Part shown: piece by piece, positions 25,671 through 34,048 of the stretch
How the letters are laid out: every line of letters starts with the position of its first letter
Numbering within the stretch: the first letter of the stretch is position 1
Source of the DNA: Candidatus Bathyarchaeota archaeon
GTDB lineage: Archaea > Thermoproteota > Bathyarchaeia > Bathyarchaeales > Bathycorpusculaceae
Direction of reading: 5' to 3'
DNA length: 64,000 bases
NCBI GenBank assembly: GCA_017883615.1
Contig: JADGNF010000023.1
Coordinates: 1,664-65,663, forward strand
The notes under the pieces: model-generated
The model's input: only the letters and a program-made list of their open reading frames with translations
The model's database searches: none
Told to the model about the DNA's origin: nothing
Made by a program: the position numbers and the translations under genes

Positions 25671-26321
25671 ATGAGTCTTTTGCCAGACGACAAAAAAGAA
25701 CAATTAAGAACCGAGTTCAAAGAAAAACTTGTCGACCCAGTCCAACTTGTCATGTTCACTCAGGAAATGGAATGCCGCTTCTGTAGCGACACACGCACGC
25801 TCGCTCAAGAAATGACGACTTTAAGCGACAAAATCCATCTAGATGTCTTTGATTTTGTAGCGGACGCGCAAAAAGCCAAGGAATACGGCATAGACAAAAT
25901 TCCCGCCATAGCCGTCATCGGCAAAATTGACCATGGCGTACGCATCTACGGTATACCATATGGTTACGAACTTTCGACGCTCATTGAAGCCATAGAAAGC
26001 GTCTCAAGCGGAAAGACAAACCTAACTGACAGAACGAAAGAAATCCTCAAAGATATCAAAAACCCTGTTCACATCCAAGTCTTCGTCACCCTCACCTGCC
26101 CACACTGCCCAGCCGCAGCTGCGATCGCCCACAAACTCGCCGTGGAAAGCCCCATGATCCGAGCAGACGTCATCGACGCCCAAGAATTCCCCGCACTCGC
26201 TCAAAAATACGGAGTTATCGGAGTCCCAAAAATAATCATAAACGAAAAAGTCGAGTTCACCGGCGCATTCAACGAAGACTTATTCGCCGAGCAAGCAGTC
26301 TTGGGCGCGTACCAAACCTAA
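25671..26321 (+). CDS. archaeal protein disulfide oxidoreductase (two thioredoxin folds)
   Basis: 216 aa with two CxxC sites, CRFC and CPHC, in glutaredoxin-like units. GGAGG lies 10 nt upstream of the ATG. Confidence 0.85.
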   Translation: MSLLPDDKKEQLRTEFKEKLVDPVQLVMFTQEMECRFCSDTRTLAQEMTTLSDKIHLDVFDFVADAQKAKEYGIDKIPAIAVIGKIDHGVRIYGIPYGYELSTLIEAIESVSSGKTNLTDRTKEILKDIKNPVHIQVFVTLTCPHCPAAAAIAHKLAVESPMIRADVIDAQEFPALAQKYGVIGVPKIIINEKVEFTGAFNEDLFAEQAVLGAYQT

Positions 26322-26339
26322 ACAAAAAATGAACGAGGT

Positions 26340-26372
26340 AGCTGGCTAAAAACCAGCTTTCCAAACTTTTTT
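26340..26372. terminator. putative bidirectional terminator between convergent genes
   Basis: Hairpin AGCTGG-ctaaaaa-CCAGCT (26340-26358) followed by a T6 run. Sits between the PDO stop and the YHS gene stop. Confidence 0.4.
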
Positions 26373-26376
26373 GGGT

Positions 26377-26571
26377 CTAATGTCCTCCGCAACCGCAGCC
26401 ACACGCGTGACTTCCCCCGCCCGCGGAGCCTTTCGCGTATTTCTCTGGGGTCTTGTCAAACGTTGCCTTGCAGGAAGCTGCACAGAAAAAGTAGGTCTTG
26501 CCGTTGTAGTCGGATTTAAATTTCGCGGTTTTCTCGTCAACCATCATGCTGCAAATCGGATCTTTAGCCAT
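26377..26571 (-). CDS. YHS/TRASH-domain metal-binding protein with a Cys/Gly/His tail (copper chaperone-like)
   Basis: 64 aa. DPICSMMVDEK...YFFCAASCKATF is the YHS/TRASH pattern. C-terminal tail GGGSHACGCGCGGH. Lies directly downstream of copA. TAG stop. Confidence 0.8.
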   Translation of the reverse strand: MAKDPICSMMVDEKTAKFKSDYNGKTYFFCAASCKATFDKTPEKYAKGSAGGGSHACGCGCGGH

Positions 26572-26572
26572 T

Positions 26573-28717
26573 CTAATTCACCTCCCCAGACACTTGAGTT
26601 TCTTTGTCGTTAAACTTTGTGTAACTAAACTTCGCCACTTTCAACAAGGCAGAGTTGCTTACTACAGTTAAGCTGCTTATCGCCATTGCACCAGCTGCAT
26701 ACATGGGACCCTGTGGACCCAACAAACCCGCGGCTGCTATTGGAATCATGACCGAGTTATACGCAAACGCCCAGAACAAATTAGAATTAATCTTCCGCAT
26801 AGTTCGCCTGCTCAACTCAACACTTAAAGCCACGTCACGCAAATCATCCTTGATGAGTACGATTCCGCCAGTCTCTTTGGCAATGTCTGTTCCACTCCCA
26901 ATCGCAATGCCAATGTCCGCCGCCGCCAGCGCAGGCGCATCATTTATGCCGTCGCCAACCATTGCAACCACCTTGCCTTGTGCCTGCAGCTTCTTGATTT
27001 CTTCTTCCTTCTGCCAAGGCAACACATTCGCAATAACCGTGTCAATACCGACCTGCGCCGCAACAGCTCTAGCCGTCACCTCATTATCACCAGTCAACAT
27101 CGCAACCTCCAACTTCATGCTCTTCAACGCATGAATCGCATCCGCAGCATGCTCCTTGGGCAAATCCATAGCCGCTACCACACCCGCAACCGCACCATCC
27201 ACCGCAAGAATCACCGCGGTTTTTCCCTCAGCCTCCAATCCAGCCATATCAGACTCCAACTGAGCAGCAGCGATACCCTTCTCCTGCATGAGCCTACGAT
27301 TTCCCAAGAGCACTCTCCTGCCGCCCACAATGCATTTCACGCCTCTTCCCGGCAAAGCCTCAAACTCTTCCACCTTCTCGAGTTTCGCGTTAGCGGTTTC
27401 TGCGCGTTTCAGGATGGCTTCTGCAAGGGGATGTTCCGAGCTTTTCTCAGCGGAACCCGCCAAAACTAGCACATCCGCTTCTGTAAAGCCATTGTATGTT
27501 TTAACATCGGTCACGGAAGGCTCACCCTTCGTAAGTGTTCCCGTTTTGTCAAAAACTACGATACTGAGTTTTCGTGCGCGCTCCACATATTCCCCGCTAC
27601 GCAACAGCACACCGTACTCAGCGCCTTTTCCGACACCTGCCAAAATCGCAGTCGGAGTTGCGATGCCCATGGCGCATGGACAAGCAACCAAAAGCACAGC
27701 CAATAGCGCAAAGAACGCCGTCGAGAAACCCACGGTTACAAACCAGAAAATGAAAGAGATTGTGGCAGCCGTGAAGACTATAGGAACAAATCTAGCGACC
27801 ACTCGATCCGCAAACCGCTGGACTGGTGCACTAGTCGCTTGGGCCTCTTCGACAAGATGCACAATCTGTGAAAGCGCCGTATCTTCGCCAACTTTGGTCA
27901 CTTTAACTTGTAGCACTCCTGTTTTGTTTATGGTGGCGCCGATAACTTGGCTGCCCACATTCTTTTCGACGGGAATGCTTTCGCCAGTTAGCAGTTTCTC
28001 ATCAACCGAAGAGTAACCAGAAGAGACGATTCCATCTGTGGGAATCTTTTCACCTGGCTTAACAATAATCATGTCGTCAACTTGGAGTTCATCAATTCCA
28101 ACCTCTACCTCTTGTCCACCCCGGATGACTCTAGCGGTTGTAGGCTGCAACTCAAGAAGCTGACGAATAGAAGCGGCAGACTTGCGCCGAATCATCTCCT
28201 CAATATACTTGCCCAACAACACGAAAGCGAGAATCGCGATAGAAACTTCCAGATACCCCGAGCCGCCATCAGCTACGTTTGGGAAAAACGCGTTTAGCGC
28301 CCCATACATCCAACCAGCAAGCACACCGGTTGTGACTAGAACGTCCATGTTTATTTTGCGGTTCCTAAGCGAAAAATACGCGCCTTTAAATATGCTAAAT
28401 CCAGCGATCCAGATAATTGGCAGGGAAACGAGGAAGATTACGAGGCCGTAGACTTCAAGTCCGCCGACGAGTTCGAGCGACATTATTGTGCCTACAAGTC
28501 CAAACAAAGCTACGATCTTGAGGGCTGCAGCAGCAACCGCGCCAATTAGGGTCATTGCGACCCGGCGTTTCATTGCGCGAAGTTCCCGTTCGGGTTGCTC
28601 GTAAACGTCTGCGCATTGTTGGCTGCAGAAGTAGTACCATCGGTCGCCGATTTTGCGTTTGATAGCGGTTTCCTTGTCTACGGTCATGCCGCAGACTGGG
28701 TCTCTGGCTGTAGTCAT
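26573..28717 (-). CDS. copA: copper-translocating P1B-type ATPase with an N-terminal YHS/TRASH domain
   Basis: 714 aa. Contains DPVCGMTV...YYFCSQQC (YHS), TGES, the transmembrane CPC motif ([11 protein letters not shown]), [15 protein letters not shown] and MLTGDN. TAG stop. Confidence 0.95.
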   Translation of the reverse strand: MTTARDPVCGMTVDKETAIKRKIGDRWYYFCSQQCADVYEQPERELRAMKRRVAMTLIGAVAAAALKIVALFGLVGTIMSLELVGGLEVYGLVIFLVSLPIIWIAGFSIFKGAYFSLRNRKINMDVLVTTGVLAGWMYGALNAFFPNVADGGSGYLEVSIAILAFVLLGKYIEEMIRRKSAASIRQLLELQPTTARVIRGGQEVEVGIDELQVDDMIIVKPGEKIPTDGIVSSGYSSVDEKLLTGESIPVEKNVGSQVIGATINKTGVLQVKVTKVGEDTALSQIVHLVEEAQATSAPVQRFADRVVARFVPIVFTAATISFIFWFVTVGFSTAFFALLAVLLVACPCAMGIATPTAILAGVGKGAEYGVLLRSGEYVERARKLSIVVFDKTGTLTKGEPSVTDVKTYNGFTEADVLVLAGSAEKSSEHPLAEAILKRAETANAKLEKVEEFEALPGRGVKCIVGGRRVLLGNRRLMQEKGIAAAQLESDMAGLEAEGKTAVILAVDGAVAGVVAAMDLPKEHAADAIHALKSMKLEVAMLTGDNEVTARAVAAQVGIDTVIANVLPWQKEEEIKKLQAQGKVVAMVGDGINDAPALAAADIGIAIGSGTDIAKETGGIVLIKDDLRDVALSVELSRRTMRKINSNLFWAFAYNSVMIPIAAAGLLGPQGPMYAAGAMAISSLTVVSNSALLKVAKFSYTKFNDKETQVSGEVN

Positions 28718-28772
28718 GTTAACCCATTCTCCGGAAGTATAGTAGTTACTGGTAGTTATTTCTTATAAGTAT

Positions 28773-28801
28773 ATCTGAAATAGATCTATCTAAATTAGAT
28801 A
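28773..28801. promoter_or_regulatory. two ATCT-N5-AGAT palindromic sites upstream of copA (candidate operator)
   Basis: ATCTgaaatAGAT at 28773-28785 and tATCTaaattAGATa at 28787-28801, with centres 15 bp apart. The same half-sites occur in the regulator promoter at 29062-29076. Confidence 0.35.
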
Positions 28802-29061
28802 CTAATGCTTCAGAGAAAGACACTTGGACAATACTTGCACACGCAAAAAGGATTTGCAGGATCGCCGCAGTTGGCCTTTTTTTGGGAGAAAGGAGAAAAG
28901 GCAGGAAAAAACAGTTTCCTCCACGACGACCTATCTGCCCCCTTAACAACTGACAAGCAAGTCTCCCACTGAAACAGAGGAATCGGGGTAATTAGCGGTC
29001 GAATTAGAACAGCAACGCATCGTTACTCAATAAAACTAAGTTTAAAAGTGTCCTATAAATA

Positions 29062-29076
29062 TATCTTAGCAAGATA
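29062..29076. promoter_or_regulatory. TATCT-N5-AGATA palindrome just downstream of a TATA-like box of the PadR-TRASH gene (candidate autoregulatory operator)
   Basis: TATCTTAGCAAGATA read directly from the sequence. It is preceded by CTATAAATATA (29053-29063) and lies 13 nt upstream of ATG 29089. Confidence 0.4.
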
Positions 29077-29088
29077 GGTTAACGTTTC

Positions 29089-29538
29089 ATGGCTAATTCG
29101 GCGGAGATAAACGAGATAGTCAGCGACTTCAGCCGCGTTTACATACTAACCATACTCCACGAAGGACCAGTGCACGGATACCAAATAATCAGCAGATTCA
29201 AAAAAGTCATAGGCAAAGAGGTTAGCCCGAGCCTTGTCTACCCGTTCCTCAAACAACTCGAGCAAAAAGGACTAGTAACCCACACTTTAAAGCCTGTGGG
29301 CGCTAAGAAGAGAAAAGTTTTCGAACTCACCATCGACGGTAAAGAGTTCAGTGAGCAGTTGTTTAAGCGGTTTTCAGAGCTCATCAGTGTCGCTTTGGAG
29401 CCTAGCTTGGAGGTTTGTGCTCATTGTGGTTGCAAAGTTTACGAAGGCGGCTACACGGAACGCATAAAAGATAAAGAACTGAAGTTTTGCTGCATCCACT
29501 GCGCAGCCTCGTACAAGCAAAGTTTAGGTGTGAAATAA
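29089..29538 (+). CDS. PadR-like winged-helix regulator fused to a C-terminal TRASH metal-binding domain
   Basis: 149 aa. YILTILHEGPVHGYQIISRF...LVYPFLKQLEQKGLV is the PadR signature. C-terminal CAHCGCKV-x17-FCCIHCA is a TRASH-type Cys pattern. Divergent from copA. Confidence 0.8.
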   Translation: MANSAEINEIVSDFSRVYILTILHEGPVHGYQIISRFKKVIGKEVSPSLVYPFLKQLEQKGLVTHTLKPVGAKKRKVFELTIDGKEFSEQLFKRFSELISVALEPSLEVCAHCGCKVYEGGYTERIKDKELKFCCIHCAASYKQSLGVK

Positions 29539-29542
29539 ACTC

Positions 29543-31135
29543 CTAACTGAATGAGAGTACGAATATTTTGTTGGGCCAATTTCCGAAGCTGGCTTGCTGG
29601 GTAAAATGCCCAGTTTCGTTGAGCATGTTGTAGACTTCTTTTTCTGTCATTGTTGAGTTGAAGTACTGCAACCAGCCGTACTCATACAACAGAACGTATT
29701 TTACGTTGTGCTCTTGGCATAGGGTTATAAATTCGGTTGGGTTGAAACTTGGCGTGTAGGCATCAGCCGCTAGTTGAGGGTATTGCCAGGTTTGGTTGTA
29801 GTTCTGATTCGGGTTCTTAATATTCAAATAGAACCAGACCATGAACATAGTGAAGCGGTTTGTTGGACAAGCGACCACGATTGTCTGGTTTTGAGCAAGG
29901 TCTTTAGCAGCGAAGTAGGTTGCTTGGTCCACCGGAACTTGAAATTGGTTTGCATTCACCCAAGTATAGGCGTCCGCACAACTGAAATAAACACCCGACG
30001 CCGTGAAGACTATCAGGAGAATTGCCGCGAGTTTTGTGCCCCATTTTCGGGTAAGATTATTTTTTGCCGTTCGCCCAATTTTCAAGAAAATATCGAACGC
30101 CGACACCAAAAAGCTCGCTGCAGCGATTGCCAAAACTGGAAAAGCGATGGTGACGTAGCGCCATTCCCTGTTAGGAATCAACGTGAAAACAACGTAGATG
30201 ACCGTGAACCAGAGTATCAGGAACTTGTCTTCCCGTCTTCTTCTGTAGACGAAAAATCCGATACCTGCTAGTCCAGTAAGGTAAAGTAAGAGAGAGACCG
30301 GGTGCATAATTGTGTCTGCCCAGGTCATTTCTATTAAGTAGAAAATTGGAGTCGGATACCTTACACTGTAAACCGCCTTTTCCGCTGTACCTTCCCGGAT
30401 GGCGTAGATCAATGTGTTCAAAAGCCCCGATGATAGGAGAACAAACGCTACCGCCCCAACCGCAACGATTGCAGCTAAGACGATTGCTAAACGGGGAAAC
30501 TTGAAGTAGCGTTTGAGTTCAGCTTTCAGGTAGTCCCGTTTCCAAAAGTACATACCCAGCAACATGATTATGGGCACAACGACGAGCATCTGATATTTTA
30601 CCGCGACTCCCACGGCGAGGGCGGCTACGCTGATTATTCGGTCTCTTTCCTTGTTGTTGCGAATCCAGCTGAAGAAGAACAACATAGACAGTGAGAAGAT
30701 GAAAAGGAGCAGGGTTTCAATCATGGCCATCCGGGAAAGAAAGACAACGCCAGGCGTGACGCCGAAAAAGATGGCTGCAACCAGGGCAGTTTTGCTGTTG
30801 TAAAATTGATTGGCAATCTCGTAAACAACAAAAACCGATAACACTGAGAAGGTTACGGCAACGAACCTGCCAGCGAAAACGCTTGGACCCCCGATGAGAA
30901 AGTAAGCGGCTGCAACGATGTCGTAAACTGGCGGGTAAAACGAGTTAGTCCAAACCCATAAACCCACCTGCCCTCTTGATAAGAGGAGTCCGCCCGTGAA
31001 GTGGGTAACTTCATCCCACATCATCGACTTAGTCCCCAAGTCAACGGCGAGAATAAACCCGTAGGCAACGGCGAAAATAATTAGGCAAAGTCGCCATCTA
31101 TCAAATCGCCTAAACAGATTAACCACGAAACTCAA
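29543..31135 (-). CDS. GT39/ArnT/PMT-like GT-C glycosyltransferase
   Basis: 530 aa with about 12 TM helices. DE motif in the first loop (MWDEVTHFTGG). Soluble C-terminal domain. TTG start. Confidence 0.7.
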   Translation of the reverse strand: MSFVVNLFRRFDRWRLCLIIFAVAYGFILAVDLGTKSMMWDEVTHFTGGLLLSRGQVGLWVWTNSFYPPVYDIVAAAYFLIGGPSVFAGRFVAVTFSVLSVFVVYEIANQFYNSKTALVAAIFFGVTPGVVFLSRMAMIETLLLFIFSLSMLFFFSWIRNNKERDRIISVAALAVGVAVKYQMLVVVPIIMLLGMYFWKRDYLKAELKRYFKFPRLAIVLAAIVAVGAVAFVLLSSGLLNTLIYAIREGTAEKAVYSVRYPTPIFYLIEMTWADTIMHPVSLLLYLTGLAGIGFFVYRRRREDKFLILWFTVIYVVFTLIPNREWRYVTIAFPVLAIAAASFLVSAFDIFLKIGRTAKNNLTRKWGTKLAAILLIVFTASGVYFSCADAYTWVNANQFQVPVDQATYFAAKDLAQNQTIVVACPTNRFTMFMVWFYLNIKNPNQNYNQTWQYPQLAADAYTPSFNPTEFITLCQEHNVKYVLLYEYGWLQYFNSTMTEKEVYNMLNETGHFTQQASFGNWPNKIFVLSFS

Positions 31136-31292
31136 CGCCTATTCCCTCTCGCCATTACTAAATGCTCGCGGATTTCACGTATGTTAATTAGCTAATAAAA
31201 CCTGTCGAAAAGATCGCGCCAAAAAACGGAGCTACAAAATATCGATTAGCACCAGAACATTTTAACAAAAATAAAAAACTGAAGGGGATCTG

Positions 31293-31568
31293 TTATTCTG
31301 TTCGTTTAATGAGGTGGTACCCGAACTGGGTCTTGACTGGAGCCGAAGTTTCACCTTTCTGGAGAGCAAAAGCTGCGGTTTCAAATTCTTTGACCATTTG
31401 GCCGCGTCCAAATTTCCCCAAGTCGCCGCCTTTTTTGCCTGAGGGGCATTGGGAAACTTGTTGGGCGATTGCGCTGAAGGTTTCGCCTTTCGCTAGTCGG
31501 TCCTGCGCTGCTTTGGCTTCGGTTTGGGTTTTGACGAGTATGTGGGCACAACGAATTTTGTCTGGCAT
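31293..31568 (-). CDS. parvulin-type peptidyl-prolyl cis-trans isomerase
   Basis: 91 aa. CAHILV...CPSGKKGGDLGKFGRGQMVKEFE...TQFGYHLIK matches single-domain archaeal parvulins. Confidence 0.9.
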   Translation of the reverse strand: MPDKIRCAHILVKTQTEAKAAQDRLAKGETFSAIAQQVSQCPSGKKGGDLGKFGRGQMVKEFETAAFALQKGETSAPVKTQFGYHLIKRTE

Positions 31569-31704
31569 ATCAAAATCTAAGAGAAGAATGTCTTAATAAC
31601 TCTTACCAGCCAAAACGAACTTTCTTTGTTTTTAGTTGAAGCATGCTCCTGTGCTGACAAATCCTGCAATATGTTTAATTTCTGCTGGGCGATTCTGGTT
31701 TTTT

Positions 31705-32103
31705 ATGCATGAATGGGCATTAGCAGAAGCCGTTATCAAGACGGCATCAGAAATCGCAAAGAAAGAAGGATTAAAGCAGGTTACAGAAGTTAGTGTGAAA
31801 ATCGGCGAGCTCCAACAAATAGAACGACCTATTTTCCGCTTCGCACTCGCCCAGATTAAACCCGATAACTTCAAGGATGCCAAGTTCCGCATATCCACGG
31901 CTAAAACGACTCTTAAATGCCGAGTCTGCGGCAATACGTGGACCTACGACAAGAAGAAGATGGATAAGGCAACGGCGGAAGCTATCCACTTCATCCCCGA
32001 AGTAGCCCACACATATATGAAATGTCCTAAATGTGGCAGTCCCGACTTTGAAATCACCCAAGGGCGCGGCGTCTGGCTTGAAAGCATAAAAGGAGCCCGA
32101 TAA
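31705..32103 (+). CDS. hypA: hydrogenase nickel incorporation protein HypA
   Basis: 132 aa read from ATG 31705. N-terminal MHEWALAE (Ni site) and zinc site CRVCG...CPKCG. The ORF-track N-extension from 31636 is hydrophobic junk. Confidence 0.9.
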   Translation: MHEWALAEAVIKTASEIAKKEGLKQVTEVSVKIGELQQIERPIFRFALAQIKPDNFKDAKFRISTAKTTLKCRVCGNTWTYDKKKMDKATAEAIHFIPEVAHTYMKCPKCGSPDFEITQGRGVWLESIKGAR

Positions 32104-32828
32104 CACTGACTGACCCGCGAACAAGCGTAATTAGCCAACGACTCAAGGGGATAAGACGAATAATCGCAGTTTCAAGCGGCAAAGGCGGGGTGGGCAAAAG
32201 CCTCGTCGCAACCACCCTCGCACTATCGCTGGCGCACAAAGGCTGCAAAGTCGGCTTATTCGACCTTGATTTTACAAGTCCCTCAACACACCTTATACTT
32301 GGAGCAAAAGACGCCCAACCCACTGAAGACAAAGGGTTGATTCCGCCTAAAGTTGAGGGATTAGAATACATGTCGCTTATCTATTACTGCGGAAACGGAG
32401 CAGCTCCTTTGCGTGGAGCAGACACATCCAACGCACTGATTGAGTTGCTTGCTGTTACGTTGTGGGGGGATCTGGATTTTCTTGTTATTGATTCGCCACC
32501 GGGAATTGGCGACGCAATGCTTGACCTGGTCAGGCTGGTGCCTGACATCGAGTTCTTGATTGTGACTACCCCGTCCCAACTGGCATTCGAAACAGTCAAG
32601 AAACAACTCCGACTTCTGCAAGAGCTCAAGATCCCCATTGTGGGCGTTGTGGAAAACATGAAGATGACTGAAGCAAAAACGGTTCAGGAGCAAACCCAGT
32701 GTTTGGGCATAAAATTCCTCACAGAAATCCCGTATGACGCCTCAGTAGAATCAGCCATAGGTAACCCAGACAAACTTTTAGCCACAGAGGTTGCTAAGAA
32801 AATCATGAAGCTATCGCAAACACTATAA
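32100..32828 (+). CDS. Mrp/MinD-family P-loop ATPase (archaeal HypB-type candidate)
   Basis: The ORF-track GTG (32190) lies inside the Walker A motif. The open frame upstream reads TLTDPRTSVISQRLKGIRRIIAVSSGKGGVGKS. Also DLDFTSPS, WGDLDFLVIDSPPGIGD and GVVENM. Start placed at ATA 32100, overlapping the hypA TAA as ATAA, with AAGGAG 5-10 nt upstream. Confidence 0.85.
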   Translation: MTLTDPRTSVISQRLKGIRRIIAVSSGKGGVGKSLVATTLALSLAHKGCKVGLFDLDFTSPSTHLILGAKDAQPTEDKGLIPPKVEGLEYMSLIYYCGNGAAPLRGADTSNALIELLAVTLWGDLDFLVIDSPPGIGDAMLDLVRLVPDIEFLIVTTPSQLAFETVKKQLRLLQELKIPIVGVVENMKMTEAKTVQEQTQCLGIKFLTEIPYDASVESAIGNPDKLLATEVAKKIMKLSQTL

Positions 32829-32866
32829 TCTGCGCCTTAACCTTTGTGAACGGAAGAGGAGACTAG

Positions 32867-33607
32867 TTGCATCAGGCTAAAGCCGTAATCTTTGATTATA
32901 TCGGTACGTTAACGAATGTTCGCCACTACACTATGGAAGCTTCAATCGAGAAACTTTACGTTGCTTTAATTAACGCTGGATTTCCTTCGGAAAAAGAAAT
33001 GTTTATGGCAGCGTACAACCGATCGCATGAGAAGTACCGACTAATCCGTTACGGGGAACTAAGGGAAATAACAAACGCGGTTTGGGTTTCCGAAACGCTG
33101 CGCTGTTTAGGCTTTGATGCAACCGTTAACGACCAAAAAATGAAAACCGCACTCGACGTTTTCTTTCAAGATTACATCGATTCTCTTGAACTCAGACCTT
33201 GCGCGAAAATGCTCCTCAAGAAAGCCAAAGAATTTTGCAAGTTGGGTTTAATCTCGAACTTCACTTACGCACCGGTTGTACATACCAGTCTACGGAAACT
33301 GGGAATAAGCAACTACTTCGATATGGTCGTCGTTTCAGGAGACTGCGGCTGGCGAAAACCTCACCTAAACATATTCGTAGAAGCCCTAAAGCGGCTAGGG
33401 GTCAAAGCAGAAGAAGCGATCTTCATCGGTGACTGCCCAATGGAAGACATCAAAGGCGCATTAGATTCTGGGTTGCGAACGGTTTTTGTGCGTTCCCAAT
33501 TCTATGAAAACGGAGATCTTAAGGCGAGCGGCCAGAAACCTGACTTTGTTGCACAAGATTTACAGGAAATCTGCGAAAAGTTGGCGGAAATTACTGAATG
33601 CAAGTAA
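32867..33607 (+). CDS. HAD-superfamily hydrolase
   Basis: 246 aa with a TTG start. Motif I VIFDYIGTL, motif II ISNFT, and motifs III/IV K...FIGDCPMEDIKGA. Confidence 0.75.
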   Translation: MHQAKAVIFDYIGTLTNVRHYTMEASIEKLYVALINAGFPSEKEMFMAAYNRSHEKYRLIRYGELREITNAVWVSETLRCLGFDATVNDQKMKTALDVFFQDYIDSLELRPCAKMLLKKAKEFCKLGLISNFTYAPVVHTSLRKLGISNYFDMVVVSGDCGWRKPHLNIFVEALKRLGVKAEEAIFIGDCPMEDIKGALDSGLRTVFVRSQFYENGDLKASGQKPDFVAQDLQEICEKLAEITECK

Positions 33608-33665
33608 GAAAGTTCCTATCAAATGCATTGCCAATTCATATAGCTTATATTGAGAAACCACAAAC

Positions 33666-33896
33666 TTGCTCTCTGGTGAAACGTTGCCGAATCGACGAAC
33701 TCTCACGTTCATTCTGCTACCCGCTCTCATTTTCATTTTCATGACCGGTTGGATATTGTATAAAGCTCCCTCTTCGCCAAAAGTTGTGAGTAACAAACAA
33801 AAGCAGCTAACCTCCAAAGAAACTTCCATGAGCAACTTGGAAATTGGAGCAATATCCGAATTGACTCAGAAAGAAGTACCCTTAATCAAAGCATAA
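33666..33896 (+). CDS. possible small single-pass membrane protein
   Basis: 76-aa ORF with a TTG start and one hydrophobic helix (LTFILLPALIFIFMTGWILY). No other support. Confidence 0.25.
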   Translation: MLSGETLPNRRTLTFILLPALIFIFMTGWILYKAPSSPKVVSNKQKQLTSKETSMSNLEIGAISELTQKEVPLIKA

Positions 33897-34048
33897 TTGT
33901 TCAAAATCAGGCGTCGTTTGTAGGCGCGCGCATATTCGGTTTCTCTGTTATGTCTTCTTGGGTTTCCATGGTTTTATCTTAAAAATGTCCTAAAAGCTCA
34001 TAAGTGCCCGTTTTCACTAATGTGTTTCTGCACTAGAAGGGGAACAGT

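Noticed and set aside
27288-28016. Long antisense or alternative-frame ORFs inside large genes. Examples are 27288..28016 and 26978..27469 in copA, 45580..46242 in cobT, 22891..23400 opposite the VIT gene, 35592..36158 opposite purD and 8868..9377 opposite the Fe-S gene.
   Set aside because: All lie wholly within strongly supported genes. They have biased Arg/Ser/Pro-rich or low-complexity composition and no motifs. They are typical shadow ORFs.
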